Notes: a model not told the origin generated them from the letters alone. A DNA stretch of 64,000 bases from Chitinophagales bacterium (GCA_013299105.1 JAAFJY010000001.1:78978-142977); one strand, 5' to 3'. Positions 45,216 to 56,457 are shown, counted from the stretch's first letter. Program-made: numbers and translations.

Positions 45216-48200
45216 ATGCGCAACACCACCACAACCCTATTTTTCTTTTTTTGCAGTCTTTTCACCTTAAACGCACAAGATCAGCTAGCAATTTACAAGC
45301 TGGAAGATCAACGCATTACCCTCAACAAAGGCTGGAAATGGCAAAAAGGCGACCAAGCCGCATTTGCCGAGCCAACTTTTAATGACTCGAGCTGGAAAAA
45401 ATTCGACCCAACCAAAGACATTCACGACTATCCTCAACTATTTGACGGGGAAGTTCGCTGGCTAAGGATTCGTTTTGAAGTCGATCAAAAACCTACTACC
45501 GCATTGGGTTTGTCCTTAACCCAAGCTGGTGCTTCTGAAATTTACCTGAATGGAAAACTGATCCACAAAATCGGACAAATCAATTCAAAAGCAAGCATCG
45601 CCCAAGACCCCCTTGAATACCCTTTTAGCTTACCCATTGATGCTGCGGGCGAGTACGTTTTGGCTGTCCGGTATGCCTTGCAGCCCAATATCCGCTACAC
45701 CACCGTGTATGGTTTGACCTTGAACAAAGTTTTTGATGCTTCTTTGGTCAATTTGGTCCCTACCCAGGATGAGCAGCGCGAGTTTAGGGTCTATTACACC
45801 GGCATGGAGACTTTCAAAATTGGTGTATTTGTGATGCTGTTTATTTTGCACTTCGCATTTTTTTTGTACCAAAAGAACAACAAAATCCAACTCTTTCTAA
45901 GCATCTTTTTTCTAGGGACAGCGTTGCAGTATGTGTTCAAAATTCTAGGACAAAATGAAGTTTCCGTTGAAGCACGCTACTACCTGATCAATATTTCATT
46001 TTGGTCTTCGAATATTGGACAATTATTTGGCCTTGCGGCGATGTACCAACTTACTCGGATTAAGCGAGACTTTTATTTTACCGTAATCCTTGTCGTTAGT
46101 GCCATCATGTTGCTCGTTTCAAGTTTAACATATGGTAGGCTTTGGATCCCTTTTTCCTTGATTCAGGCATTGATCAGTTTTTTGATCACCCTCCGCTTGT
46201 CCCTGCTTGGGGTCAAAAAGCAATTGAGAGGCTTCAAAATATTGACTGTTGCGGTAATGATCAGTTCTTTGGGGTTTGTATTCATTGAGTTGGTCAACCT
46301 TAACGTATCTGTTCCAGGCTTACTGGTGGACATTGTTTTTAATCTATCCATAATAGCCGTGCCCATTGGTTTTTCCTTGTACATGGGCCTTGATGCAAGC
46401 AATCAAAACAAAGCATTAAGCGCAAAATTGGCTGAAAACGAAGTGCTAAAAGACCAGACCATTGCCCAGGAGCAGGAAAAGCAGCAAATTTTGGCCCAAC
46501 AGAACGAGACCTTGGAAAACCAAGTGACCGAACGCACGGCTGAGTTAGCAGCTAAAAATAAGGATTTAGAAATAGAGGCTGCTTTGGATAAAATTCGAAC
46601 TGTTTCCTTGGCCATGAAGCGGTCCGATGAAATCGAAACCGTAGTATCGGTATTGTATGAAAAACTAAAAGAACTGGGTTTGGTATTCGACGGAGGGGCG
46701 GCTATTCACGTTTTTGAAGAGGGCTCAAAAGATGCCGCCATCTGGGTTGTTTCGCCACAACAAGCGCCCACCAAAATAGACCTACCTTATGACAAAGAAG
46801 CATTTGTAGACAACCCCATTATTTTGGATGTATGGAAGGCCAAAGAAACAGGACAGCACATCTTTAACAAAAACTATTCCTTTGAAGAAAAAAACAGGTA
46901 TTTTCAGTATGTATTCAAACACAATGATTATGACAAAATCCCTGAAATAGGCAGGAACTTTATCCTTTCGGTACCTGCTTATACGGCTACGTTTGTAGCA
47001 GAGCACAACTCATTGCTTGGTGCAAATAGCTGGACAGGAGAGTTGTTTACGGCATCAGAATTTGAGCTACTGAAACGAGTCGCCAAGGTTTTTGAGCAGG
47101 CTTATACCCGTTCCCTTGATTTGCAAAAAGCAGAAGCACAGGCGAGAGAAGCACAAATTGAAGTAGCCTTAGAAAGGGTAAGGAGCCGAACAATGGAGAT
47201 GCAAAAAAGTCAAGAACTTCGGGAGGTTGTAGCCACTATCTATGATCAGCTACAAAACTTGGGTTTTACTTATGGCGCTTTAGGCATTGTGATTATGGAC
47301 GAAACATCTGGCGATATGGATTGGTGGATGGCTGGTTTTGGAAAAGAAGCCTACCCAGAAAATTATTACATCCCTTTTTTCGATCACCCCTTTTATTTGG
47401 CACAGCTTAATGCGTGGAAAGAAGGCAAAAAATTTGTGGTGCTGGAAGCATCCGGTGAACAGAAAAAGGCATACGATGAAGTCATTTTTAGCAGAACAGA
47501 TTTTGTCAGAATTCCATTACAAGCACAGCAAATCATGTTGGCGTTTGAAAAAGTAATTTTTTCAAACGCCAACATGAAACATGGAGCCTTGTCATGGGGT
47601 ACCGACCCGATTGATGACAACCGTGCCCAAATCCTACAACGATTTGCAGTGGTATTTGAACAAACCTATACGCGTTTTTTAGACCTACAGAAAAAGGAAG
47701 AGCAAGCTTTCAATCTGGCCGAAGAAAAACAGAAATTAGAACGAACCCTCAGCGAGCTCCGCTCCACCCAAGCCCAACTGATCCAATCCGAGAAACTGGC
47801 CTCACTGGGCGAACTCACTGCAGGCATCGCCCACGAGATCCAAAACCCACTGAACTTCGTCAACAACTTCGCCGAAGTCAGCGCAGAGTTACTGTCCGAA
47901 ATGAACGAAGAACTCGACAAAGGCGACACCGCCGAAGCCAAGGTCATCGCTGCCGACCTGGTGCAAAACCTGCAAAAAATCAACCACCACGGGCAGCGGG
48001 CTTCTTCCATTGTCAAGGGCATGTTGGAGCATTCGCGGGCCAGCACGGGCCAAAAAGAACCCACCGACCTCAATCAGATGGCCGATGAATATTTGCGTTT
48101 GGCCTATCATGGCTTGCGGGCCAAAGACAGTGGCTTCAATTGCCAATTGGAAGCGAATCTTGACCCAAACCTGCCCAAAGTGGCTGTCATTCCGCAAGAT

Positions 48201-48536
48201 ATTGGCCGGGTACTACTCAACCTGATCAACAACGCCCTGCACGCGGTGCAAGAAAAAGCCAAAATGGCCATTGAAGGCTACGAACCAAAGGTCAGCGTCA
48301 GTTCAGCTTTGGTTAACGGACAAGTTGAGCTTAAGGTGCAAGACAATGGCATGGGCATTCCAGAGGGCATTCGGGAGAAGATTTTCCAGCCGTTTTTCAC
48401 TACTAAGCCTACCGGGCAGGGCACGGGTTTGGGGCTGAGTTTGGCTTATGATATTGTGACCAAAGGACATGGGGGCACGATCGAAGTAGAGAGCCAATCT
48501 AATGCGGGCACCCAATTCGTCATTCGTTTAGTGTAA
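45216..48536 (+). CDS. Histidine kinase 2: beta-sandwich plus 7TM-type sensor, two GAF-like repeats, kinase core
   Basis: LNKGWKW..GD..A sugar-binding-like N-terminus, ~7 TM helices, repeated IE.AL..R..S..M..S.E units, H-box and CA domain. Confidence 0.88.
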   Translation: MRNTTTTLFFFFCSLFTLNAQDQLAIYKLEDQRITLNKGWKWQKGDQAAFAEPTFNDSSWKKFDPTKDIHDYPQLFDGEVRWLRIRFEVDQKPTTALGLSLTQAGASEIYLNGKLIHKIGQINSKASIAQDPLEYPFSLPIDAAGEYVLAVRYALQPNIRYTTVYGLTLNKVFDASLVNLVPTQDEQREFRVYYTGMETFKIGVFVMLFILHFAFFLYQKNNKIQLFLSIFFLGTALQYVFKILGQNEVSVEARYYLINISFWSSNIGQLFGLAAMYQLTRIKRDFYFTVILVVSAIMLLVSSLTYGRLWIPFSLIQALISFLITLRLSLLGVKKQLRGFKILTVAVMISSLGFVFIELVNLNVSVPGLLVDIVFNLSIIAVPIGFSLYMGLDASNQNKALSAKLAENEVLKDQTIAQEQEKQQILAQQNETLENQVTERTAELAAKNKDLEIEAALDKIRTVSLAMKRSDEIETVVSVLYEKLKELGLVFDGGAAIHVFEEGSKDAAIWVVSPQQAPTKIDLPYDKEAFVDNPIILDVWKAKETGQHIFNKNYSFEEKNRYFQYVFKHNDYDKIPEIGRNFILSVPAYTATFVAEHNSLLGANSWTGELFTASEFELLKRVAKVFEQAYTRSLDLQKAEAQAREAQIEVALERVRSRTMEMQKSQELREVVATIYDQLQNLGFTYGALGIVIMDETSGDMDWWMAGFGKEAYPENYYIPFFDHPFYLAQLNAWKEGKKFVVLEASGEQKKAYDEVIFSRTDFVRIPLQAQQIMLAFEKVIFSNANMKHGALSWGTDPIDDNRAQILQRFAVVFEQTYTRFLDLQKKEEQAFNLAEEKQKLERTLSELRSTQAQLIQSEKLASLGELTAGIAHEIQNPLNFVNNFAEVSAELLSEMNEELDKGDTAEAKVIAADLVQNLQKINHHGQRASSIVKGMLEHSRASTGQKEPTDLNQMADEYLRLAYHGLRAKDSGFNCQLEANLDPNLPKVAVIPQDIGRVLLNLINNALHAVQEKAKMAIEGYEPKVSVSSALVNGQVELKVQDNGMGIPEGIREKIFQPFFTTKPTGQGTGLGLSLAYDIVTKGHGGTIEVESQSNAGTQFVIRLV

Positions 48537-48584
48537 ACTTGTAAACAGCAGCAACATTTTGTAATTTTACCTTCAAATAACTGG

Positions 48585-50297
48585 ATGATGATCAAGATTC
48601 CATACGGTGAAAGCGATTTTAAAAAGTTGATGCTGGAAAACTACTTCTACCAGGATCGTACCCATTTCATTGAGCAGCTCGAAAAATGGAACTCCAACTA
48701 TCCCGTTTTTTTACGCCCTCGTCGATTCGGCAAAAGCCTGTTCATCAGTACACTTCACCATTATTATGGTTTGGAATACAAAGACGATTTTCAAGCCCTT
48801 TTTGGCAATCTATACATTGGCAAGCACCCAAGCGAATCTGCCAATTCTTATCTGGTCCTGCGTTTTGAATTCAGTCGCATTGATACTGCTACCCATGAAA
48901 GTACCTACCATGGCTTTTTAACCAATGTCATTTCTGGAGCGCGTACTTTTTTGGGCGCTTATGGAGAATTTTTCACTTTAGAACAGCAAACCATTATTGA
49001 AAACGGGAAAAGCCCTGAAACAGTGGTTAAGGCAATTTTTGATTTTACAAAAAAGAATAAAATCCCCCACAAAATCTACCTCCTCGTTGACGAATACGAC
49101 CATTTTGCCAATGAATTGTTGTCCTTTGATCTTGATCGTTTTAAATCCAATGTGAGCACCAATGGTTTTGTGCGCAAATTTTATGAAAGTTTCAAAACCG
49201 CTACTGGTGAAGGAATCGTTGATCGGATTTTCATCACGGGCGTTTCCCCCATCACCCTGGATTCTTTGACCAGTGGTTTTAACATTGGTGACAACATTAG
49301 TTTGAACCCCATTTTCCACGACATGATGGGCTTTACCCATCCAGAGGTGGAAGCTATTTTACATCAATCGGCTATTCCAATCGAAAAAATACCCGAAATG
49401 ATGGCTGACTTGGAGGCCTGGTATGACGGCTATCGTTTTACGACCCGAGCCAATCACCAGTTGTTCAATCCAGATATGGTGCTCTATTTCTTGAAAGAGT
49501 ACAGCATAATATCGCAATATCCCGAAGTCATGTTGGATACCAATGTGATTTCAGATTATCGAAAAATTCAGAACACCTTTAAAATAGGCGGCGAAGAAAC
49601 CGAAAAATATGAGCTATTGGAGACTTTGGTGCAAAAAGGCTACATTGATTTTCCGCTGACCCGGCTTTACAATTTAACCCTCGATTTTACCCAGGATGAT
49701 TTTTTGAGCTTGTTGTTTTACATGGGCATGCTCAGTTTTCAAGAAGAGGCCATCATTGGCTGGCGCTGCAAAATCCCCAATTACGTCATCAAAAAACTCT
49801 ACTTTGAGTACTTCAAGGCCATCTTTTTGGCCAAAACCCGTTTTGCAAAAACTACCCGCCCAATTGCACAAACCATTGATGCCCTATTGGGGACTGGCAA
49901 TCCCGAGCCTTTTTTCAAAATAGTCGAACAAGTATTGCTCGAAAACCACTCCAATCGCGACGAATTGGCCTACGGCGAAAAGCATTTGCAAACCTTGATG
50001 GTCGGCTTGTTATTCCCCTACGAATCCTATTACATCCACAGTGAATACGAAACCAAACGGGGCTACCCAGATATTTTTCTCGAAAGAATGCCCAATAAAC
50101 CCCTCCAATTTGACATCGTTTTGGAATTAAAATACGTCAAAAAATCAGCTGAAAAAACCTTGGAAAAAGTCATTCAACAAGCAGAAATCCAATTGGACGA
50201 ATACATGCGCAGTGAACGATTTTCTCGTCCGGATGTACGAGGGTTTTATGCTGTTTTTTTGGGTGGCGAGGTTTACCAGTGGAAAGAATGGGCGTAG
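48585..50297 (+). CDS. AAA-ATPase-like protein fused to a PD-(D/E)XK nuclease (copy 1, intact)
   Basis: KIPYG.SDF, RPRRFGKSL Walker A, LLVDEYD Walker B, FITGVSP; C-terminal HSEYE..GYPDIFL..ELKY. Confidence 0.88.
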   Translation: MMIKIPYGESDFKKLMLENYFYQDRTHFIEQLEKWNSNYPVFLRPRRFGKSLFISTLHHYYGLEYKDDFQALFGNLYIGKHPSESANSYLVLRFEFSRIDTATHESTYHGFLTNVISGARTFLGAYGEFFTLEQQTIIENGKSPETVVKAIFDFTKKNKIPHKIYLLVDEYDHFANELLSFDLDRFKSNVSTNGFVRKFYESFKTATGEGIVDRIFITGVSPITLDSLTSGFNIGDNISLNPIFHDMMGFTHPEVEAILHQSAIPIEKIPEMMADLEAWYDGYRFTTRANHQLFNPDMVLYFLKEYSIISQYPEVMLDTNVISDYRKIQNTFKIGGEETEKYELLETLVQKGYIDFPLTRLYNLTLDFTQDDFLSLLFYMGMLSFQEEAIIGWRCKIPNYVIKKLYFEYFKAIFLAKTRFAKTTRPIAQTIDALLGTGNPEPFFKIVEQVLLENHSNRDELAYGEKHLQTLMVGLLFPYESYYIHSEYETKRGYPDIFLERMPNKPLQFDIVLELKYVKKSAEKTLEKVIQQAEIQLDEYMRSERFSRPDVRGFYAVFLGGEVYQWKEWA

Positions 50298-50309
50298 CGG
50301 TAACCATAT

Positions 50310-50498
50310 GTGGTTGCTCCTATACACAACATCCAAGACAAAATCTTCCAGCCTTTTTTCACCACCAAACCGACCGGGCAAGGCACGGGTTTGGGGCCGA
50401 GTTTGACTTATGATATTGTGACGAAGGGGCATGGGGGCACCATTGACGTAGAGTGCCAATCTAATGCGGGCACCCAATTCGTCATTCGTTTAGTGTAA
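50310..50498 (+). pseudogene. Duplicated 3' fragment of histidine kinase 2 (G2 box tail)
   Basis: [44 protein letters not shown] matches the HK2 end; no H-box. Confidence 0.85.
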
Positions 50499-50545
50499 AC
50501 TTGTAAACAGCAACAACATTTTGTACTTTTACAGGAAATAAATAG

Positions 50546-52263
50546 ATGATGATCAAAATTCCGTACGGTGTAAGTGATTTTAAGTCTTTGATAGAAGAAG
50601 GTTATTTCTATCAAGACCGTACTCATTTTATCGAGGAATTAGAAAAATGGAATTCTAAATATCCCGTTTTTTTGCGTCCGCGTCGGTTCGGAAAAAGTTT
50701 GTTTATTAGCACCTTGCACCATTATTATGGCTTGGAATACCGGGATAATTTTCAAAACTTGTTTGGTCAGTTGTACATTGGCAAAAACCCTACCCCGCTG
50801 GCCAACCAATACCTGGTTTTGCGCTTTGAATTCAGTCGCATTGATACCGCGAACCATGAAAGTACTTATCAGGGGTTTTTGATTAATGTTGTTTCGGGGG
50901 CACGTGCTTTTTTGGGTGCTTACAGAGACTTCTTTAGTGCAGAAGATCAAAGAACCATCTTGGCACAAATCAGTCCGGAAGCGGTTGTCAAAACGATTTT
51001 CAGCATTGCCAAAGCGAATAAAATACCTCACAAAATCTATTTGCTCATTGACGAATACGACCACTTTGCCAATGAACTGCTCTCATTCGACCTAGAGCGT
51101 TTTAAGTCAAACGTGAGTCACAACGGCTTTGTCCGCAAGTTTTACGAAAGCCTCAAAACTGCCGCTGGCGACGGCATCGTAGATCGCATCTTCATCACTG
51201 GCGTATCACCGATTACTTTGGATTCGCTCACCAGTGGCTTCAACATCAGCAGCAACATCACTACGAATCCCATCTTTCACGACATGATGGGCTTTACACA
51301 CGAAGAGGTAGAAGCTATTTTGTACAAATCCAACATCCCACAAAGTGTAGTACCGGGCATGATGTCCGACTTGGCCGAATGGTACAACGGCTATCGTTTT
51401 GCCACCAAGTCCAAACACGCCCTTTTCAACCCCGATATGGTGCTGTATTTTTTGCAGCAATACAGCATCGACGGCAGCTACCCAGAGGTCATGCTGGACA
51501 CCAACGTGGTATCGGACTACCGCAAAATCAGGAACCTTTTCAAGATCGGAGGCGTAGAAAACTCCCGGTACGAATTATTAGAGCAGTTGGTGCAGCACGG
51601 CTCAATTGAGTTCAAACTCACCCAATTGTTCAACTTGGACTATGAGCTCACTCAGGATGACTTCTTAAGCCTCCTGTTTTACATGGGCATGTTGTCATTC
51701 AACGAAAGGGTAGGCATCGGTTGGCGCTGCGATATCCCCAACTATGTCATCAAAAAACTGTATTTTGAGTATTTCACGGCGCTACATTTGGCCAACACCC
51801 GCTTTGCCACGGCTACCCGACCATCGCCCAATCGGTATCCGCCCTGATCGTTCAGGGTAACCCGGAGCCCTTCTTCCAGGTTGTGGAGGAAGTCTTGCTG
51901 GAACACCATTCCAACCGCGACGAGATGGCCTATGTTGAAAAGCACCTCCAGACCCTGATGATCGGCTTGTTGTGCCCTTACGAATCGTACTACATCCACA
52001 GCGAGTATGAGGCTCGAAGGGGCTATCCCGACATTTTCTTGGAAAGGTTGCCCAATGTGCCTCTCGAATTTGACGTGGTATTGGAGTTGAAATATGTCAA
52101 AAAATCGGAGCAAAACAAAATGCAAGAAAAAATTATTGACGCGGAAAAACAGTTGGATAGCTACCTACGCAGCGCCCGTTTTGCTCGGCCCGATGTAAAG
52201 GGTTTTTATGTGGTTTTCCTCGGAGGGGAGGTGCATCAGTGGAGGGAATGGGGGAAGTATTGA
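50546..52263 (+). pseudogene. AAA-ATPase / PD-(D/E)XK nuclease copy 2, split by a 1-nt frameshift near 51821
   Basis: ORFs 50546-51847 and 51883-52263 are collinear with copy 1; adding one base at cgaccatcgccc restores RPIAQSVSALIVQGNPEP. Confidence 0.85.
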
Positions 52264-52418
52264 ACTAGAATTTTCTACCGCCCTGTCCACCTAGTTTTTT
52301 TCGCTCCCGAAGGTTTTTGAAACAGCGAAAAATCAATAAAATTTTTAATTTTGATAATTCAGCACGGTCAGGGCTCTACTTCTCACCTTGGCATATCGCT
52401 TTAAACGAGAGAACAAGT

Positions 52419-54341
52419 ATGAAAAGCATGGCCTTTTTTATTTTGCTTTTGACGATCCCGCTATCGGGTCAGCACTCCTCTATTGACAGCCTGCAATCTG
52501 AACTTGATCGTGCGAAAAGTACCGCTACCAAAATTGCAATTTATGATCAACTATTTAAATTAGAATTCCCCAATCATGCCCAAAAAATCAACATGGGGCT
52601 GGGTGCCTACCGTTTTGCCAAAAACCAAGCCATCAAAAAACAACAAATGGATTGGGGCATTACGACTGCCTTCAACATGGTGGAACAGGATTATTTGAAA
52701 GCATTGACTTTGCTCCTAGAGATTAAACCACTGTGTGAGCGCGAACGGGATACCATTCAACTCGCTCGCTGTCTGGGTTTCATTGGATACGCTTACACCA
52801 AGTTTGATTTGAACAAAGCCTTGGAAAACTACAGGGTTTGCAAAAATTTGATGTTCAAAGCCAACATTCCAGAGCGTATTGTCCCTATTTACACCGCCAT
52901 GGGCTACGTTTTCAAAGAAGGGAACATGCCTGATTCCGCTTTGGCTTACCTTTCTCAAGGCTACCTCAGTTCAAAAAATGGGAATTCTCCCATTGATACG
53001 AGCAATTACAACATCCATTTTGGCGAAGTTTACCTGCAAAAAGGGGATACGGCGGCTGCCACCAAATATTTCAGAAAGGCCCTGCGCAGTAGTGGTGGAA
53101 TGGAAGGACAGGCACGTTACAATTTTGCACTACTCTTTAAAAAATGGGGGCAATTGGATTCAGCCAAATTTCATGCCCATCGATCCCTGGAATGGGAACA
53201 AAAAGTCAATCGAACATTATACATCTTCAAAAGTGCAGATTTGTTGCATCAACTGTATCGCAATGACAACCCAGCCCTTGCTCTGAAATATTTGGAAATC
53301 GCAAATACCAGTAGAGATAGTCTTTTTAGCCAAGATAAAATCAGAAAAATAGAACAACGCATTTTTGAGGAAAAAGAAAAGGAGGCCCAGGCCCAAAGGC
53401 AAATAGAGGCCAGACAACAGCAACTGAAAATATGGGGTATATTATTTGCGCTGTTTGGGGTTTTGATACTGGCTTTCATCCTTTACCAAAACAATCGCCA
53501 AAAACTAAAGGCAAATAAGCTTTTGGAAAAAACCTTGAGTAAGCTAAAATCCACCCAAGCCCAACTCATCCAATCCGAAAAGCTCGCCTCCTTGGGCGAA
53601 CTCACGGCAGGCATTGCCCACGAGATCCAAAACCCGCTCAATTTCGTCAACAACTTCGCCGAGGTCAGTACTGAGTTGTTGGACGAAATGCAAGAAGAAT
53701 TGGACAAAGGAGATACCGCTCAAGCCAAAGCCATCGCTGATGACCTGAAGTCGAATTTGGGGAAAATCGCCTCGCACGGCAAACGTGCTTCCTCCATCGT
53801 CAAAGGCATGTTGGAGCACTCGCGCAGCAGTACAGGCACCAAAGAACCAAGTGACCTCAATCAAATGGTCGATGAGTACCTGCGTTTGGCCTATCATGGG
53901 CTTAGGGCCAAAGACAGCAGTTTCAGCGTACAGTTTGAAACCGACCTGGACCCTCAAATACCTAAAATCCTGGTAATTCCCCAAGACCTAAGTCGAGTTT
54001 TGCTCAACCTGATCAACAATGCTTTTTATGCCAGCAATGAACGGGCAAAAACCGATACTGCACTAAAGCCAATGGTCAAAGTCAGTACACGTAAATTGAG
54101 CGATAAGCAAGTAGAAATCAGCGTGCAAGACAACGGCATGGGGGTTCCCAAAAACATCCAAGACAAAATTTTCCAGCCTTTTTTCACCACCAAACCATCT
54201 GGGTTTGGAACGGGCTTGGGCCTTTCACTCAGCTACGACATTGTGACCAAAGGTCATGGCGGAAGCCTGACCCTGGAATCAAAAGAAGCGGAAGGAGCTA
54301 CTTTCATCATTGCTTTACCCATCGAAAACCCTAAATCATGA
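52419..54341 (+). CDS. Histidine kinase 3 with exported TPR sensor
   Basis: Signal peptide ..LSG|Q, TPR helices, one TM, H-box and CA domain closely matching HK1. Confidence 0.9.
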   Translation: MKSMAFFILLLTIPLSGQHSSIDSLQSELDRAKSTATKIAIYDQLFKLEFPNHAQKINMGLGAYRFAKNQAIKKQQMDWGITTAFNMVEQDYLKALTLLLEIKPLCERERDTIQLARCLGFIGYAYTKFDLNKALENYRVCKNLMFKANIPERIVPIYTAMGYVFKEGNMPDSALAYLSQGYLSSKNGNSPIDTSNYNIHFGEVYLQKGDTAAATKYFRKALRSSGGMEGQARYNFALLFKKWGQLDSAKFHAHRSLEWEQKVNRTLYIFKSADLLHQLYRNDNPALALKYLEIANTSRDSLFSQDKIRKIEQRIFEEKEKEAQAQRQIEARQQQLKIWGILFALFGVLILAFILYQNNRQKLKANKLLEKTLSKLKSTQAQLIQSEKLASLGELTAGIAHEIQNPLNFVNNFAEVSTELLDEMQEELDKGDTAQAKAIADDLKSNLGKIASHGKRASSIVKGMLEHSRSSTGTKEPSDLNQMVDEYLRLAYHGLRAKDSSFSVQFETDLDPQIPKILVIPQDLSRVLLNLINNAFYASNERAKTDTALKPMVKVSTRKLSDKQVEISVQDNGMGVPKNIQDKIFQPFFTTKPSGFGTGLGLSLSYDIVTKGHGGSLTLESKEAEGATFIIALPIENPKS

Positions 54342-54706
54342 ACATCCTAGTAGTAGATGACGAACTGGACATCCGCATCCTTTTTGAGCAAAAATTTAGG
54401 CGCGAGATCAAGGACGGAACCTATATTTTTGAGTTTGCCCACTCGGGCGAAGAAGCTATGCTCAAACTCAAAGACGGTAGCAACAACATTGTGCTCATTT
54501 TATCAGACATCAATATGCCTGGCATGAGTGGGCTGGAGCTTTTGGGGCGGGTACGTAAAATCCATCCTGATGTGCCGCCCAAGATTTTCATGATCACGGC
54601 GTATGGCGATGAAGAAAATCGAACCAAGGCCTCCGAGCTAGGAGCTGACGACTTTTTGACCAAGCCTATTGATTTTAACAACCTCAAAGAAAAACTACAT
54701 GAATAA
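54338..54706 (+). CDS. Single-domain response regulator
   Basis: ILVVDDE, ILSDINMPGMSGLELL, MITAYGD, DFLTKP; overlaps neighbouring genes. Confidence 0.93.
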   Translation: MNILVVDDELDIRILFEQKFRREIKDGTYIFEFAHSGEEAMLKLKDGSNNIVLILSDINMPGMSGLELLGRVRKIHPDVPPKIFMITAYGDEENRTKASELGADDFLTKPIDFNNLKEKLHE

Positions 54707-55742
54707 GGTACTGGTAGTGGATGATGAGGAAGATTTGGAAGTCCTGATTAGTCAAAAACTAAGGAAGCAAATTCGCGAAAGCAAGTATCAACTGATTTTT
54801 GCCAAGGATGGCCTGGAAGCCCTGGACCTCATCAAGGCCGACCCGGAAATCATGACCGTACTCAGCGACATCAACATGCCCAAGTTGGATGGCCTTAGCC
54901 TGCTTTTGCACCTGAAAACTCACAATCCGCTGATCAAAACCATCATCATATCGGCTTATGGCGACATGGACAACATCCGTACGGCCATGAATCGGGGGGC
55001 TTATGATTTTTTGACCAAACCCATCAACTTTGAAGACCTCGAAATCACCATCGACAAAACCTTTGAGTACATCACCCAATTGCAAAATACCCTGCAGGCG
55101 ATCCGCGAAAACAACATCATGAAAATGTATGTCGATCCCTCGGTGTTGGAGTACATGACCCGCAGCGAAATTACCCAAGATTTTAGCGCCAACGAAACGA
55201 TCGAGGCCAGCGTAGCTTTTATCGACATTTGTGGGTTTACGAGCATCGCCGAGCAGGAGCCGCCCGACATCGTAGTGAACTTGCTCAACCAATATTTTGA
55301 CCTGATCGTCAAACACATCATCGCTGCCGATGGCTACGTGGACAAATTCATGGGCGACGCTGTAATGGCAGTATTCAAAGGAGGAAACCATGCCAAAAGA
55401 GCTGTACAGGCCAGTCTGGCCGTGATGCAGGAAATTGCCCAAGCCCAAGACGATTTGCAAAAACAAGTGGGCTACCAACCCCAACTGTCCATCGGGGTCA
55501 ACAGTGGCGAAATGGTATCGGGTAACATCGGAGCCATCTCGCTCAAAAGATTGGACTACACCGTAATCGGCGACGTGGTGAATACTGCCCAACGCATCCA
55601 GGTTCATGCCAGCCCAGGGGAAATTTTGTTGGGCGAAAACACCCATCAGTACATTTCATCACATTTTAATTGCCAACGAAAAGAAGATGCAGTGGTGAAA
55701 AACAAAACCAAGCCGATAGTTGTCTATCAAGTACTGGGTTAA
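54699..55742 (+). CDS. Receiver domain fused to class III adenylate/guanylate cyclase
   Basis: LVVDDE, SDINMP, KP; FIDICGFT, DKFMGDAVM, IGVNSG..G.IG, YTVIGD.VNTAQR. Confidence 0.92.
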   Translation: MNKVLVVDDEEDLEVLISQKLRKQIRESKYQLIFAKDGLEALDLIKADPEIMTVLSDINMPKLDGLSLLLHLKTHNPLIKTIIISAYGDMDNIRTAMNRGAYDFLTKPINFEDLEITIDKTFEYITQLQNTLQAIRENNIMKMYVDPSVLEYMTRSEITQDFSANETIEASVAFIDICGFTSIAEQEPPDIVVNLLNQYFDLIVKHIIAADGYVDKFMGDAVMAVFKGGNHAKRAVQASLAVMQEIAQAQDDLQKQVGYQPQLSIGVNSGEMVSGNIGAISLKRLDYTVIGDVVNTAQRIQVHASPGEILLGENTHQYISSHFNCQRKEDAVVKNKTKPIVVYQVLG

Positions 55743-55747
55743 AGTCT

Positions 55748-55778
55748 CTTCAACCTTTCAACACTTCAACCTTTCAAC
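55748..55778 (-). repeat. 4 x 8-mer GTTGA-core tandem array (minus orientation)
   Basis: ttcaacctttcaacacttcaacctttcaac between the cyclase stop and the DUF2461 start. Confidence 0.65.
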
Positions 55779-55788
55779 TCAAATAGAC

Positions 55789-56457
55789 ATGCTCCAAAAA
55801 AGCACCTTCCAATTCATCAAGGACCTCAAGCACAACAACAGCAAAGAATGGTTTGAAGCCAACCGCAAGGTTTATCAAAGCGCCAAAGAAGATTTTTTGG
55901 AGCTGGTTGCCAACCTGATCCAGGGCATCGAAGCTTTTGACCCGGCCATCGCCATGTCTCACCTGGAGCCCAAAAAATGCATTTTCCGCATCAACCGCGA
56001 CACCCGTTTTTCGAACGATAAATCCCCATACAAAAGCAACATGGGGGCTTGGTTCAGCCCTGGAGCAAAGGGCTTGCAACGCGCAGGCTACTACCTACAC
56101 CTGGAAGAAGGCGGTTGCTTCTTGGCAGGCGGCATGTACCTGCCCGAAGCCGATGCCCTGAAGAAAATTCGGCAGGAAATTGACTACAACCACCAGGATT
56201 TGCTCAATATCATGGCTGGAAAACATTTTCAGGCTTATTTCTCAGGAGGGTTTAGCCAAGAGTCCAAACTCAAAAAAGCCCCGCAAGGCTACACCGAAGA
56301 CAATCCCGCCATCGACTTGCTCAAGCTCAAAAGCTTTACTGTATCCAATAATTTTGGTGACGAAAAAACCCTTGAAAAAGGTTTTGAAGAGTTTATCTTA
56401 GAAGGCTTCAAAGCCATGCAGCCGCTCAATAAGTTCCTAAATCAGTCGTTTGATTGA
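55789..56457 (+). CDS. DUF2461 domain protein (TIGR02453-like)
   Basis: F..DL..NN.KEWF.ANR..Y, FRINRD.RFS.DKSPYK, GYYLH, L..IR.EI, LK..P.G. Confidence 0.9.
   Translation: MLQKSTFQFIKDLKHNNSKEWFEANRKVYQSAKEDFLELVANLIQGIEAFDPAIAMSHLEPKKCIFRINRDTRFSNDKSPYKSNMGAWFSPGAKGLQRAGYYLHLEEGGCFLAGGMYLPEADALKKIRQEIDYNHQDLLNIMAGKHFQAYFSGGFSQESKLKKAPQGYTEDNPAIDLLKLKSFTVSNNFGDEKTLEKGFEEFILEGFKAMQPLNKFLNQSFD

Noticed and set aside
48493-50512. Integron-like attC cassette array
   Set aside because: The conserved junction does not fit RYYYAAC...GTTRRRY, and no integrase is in the window.
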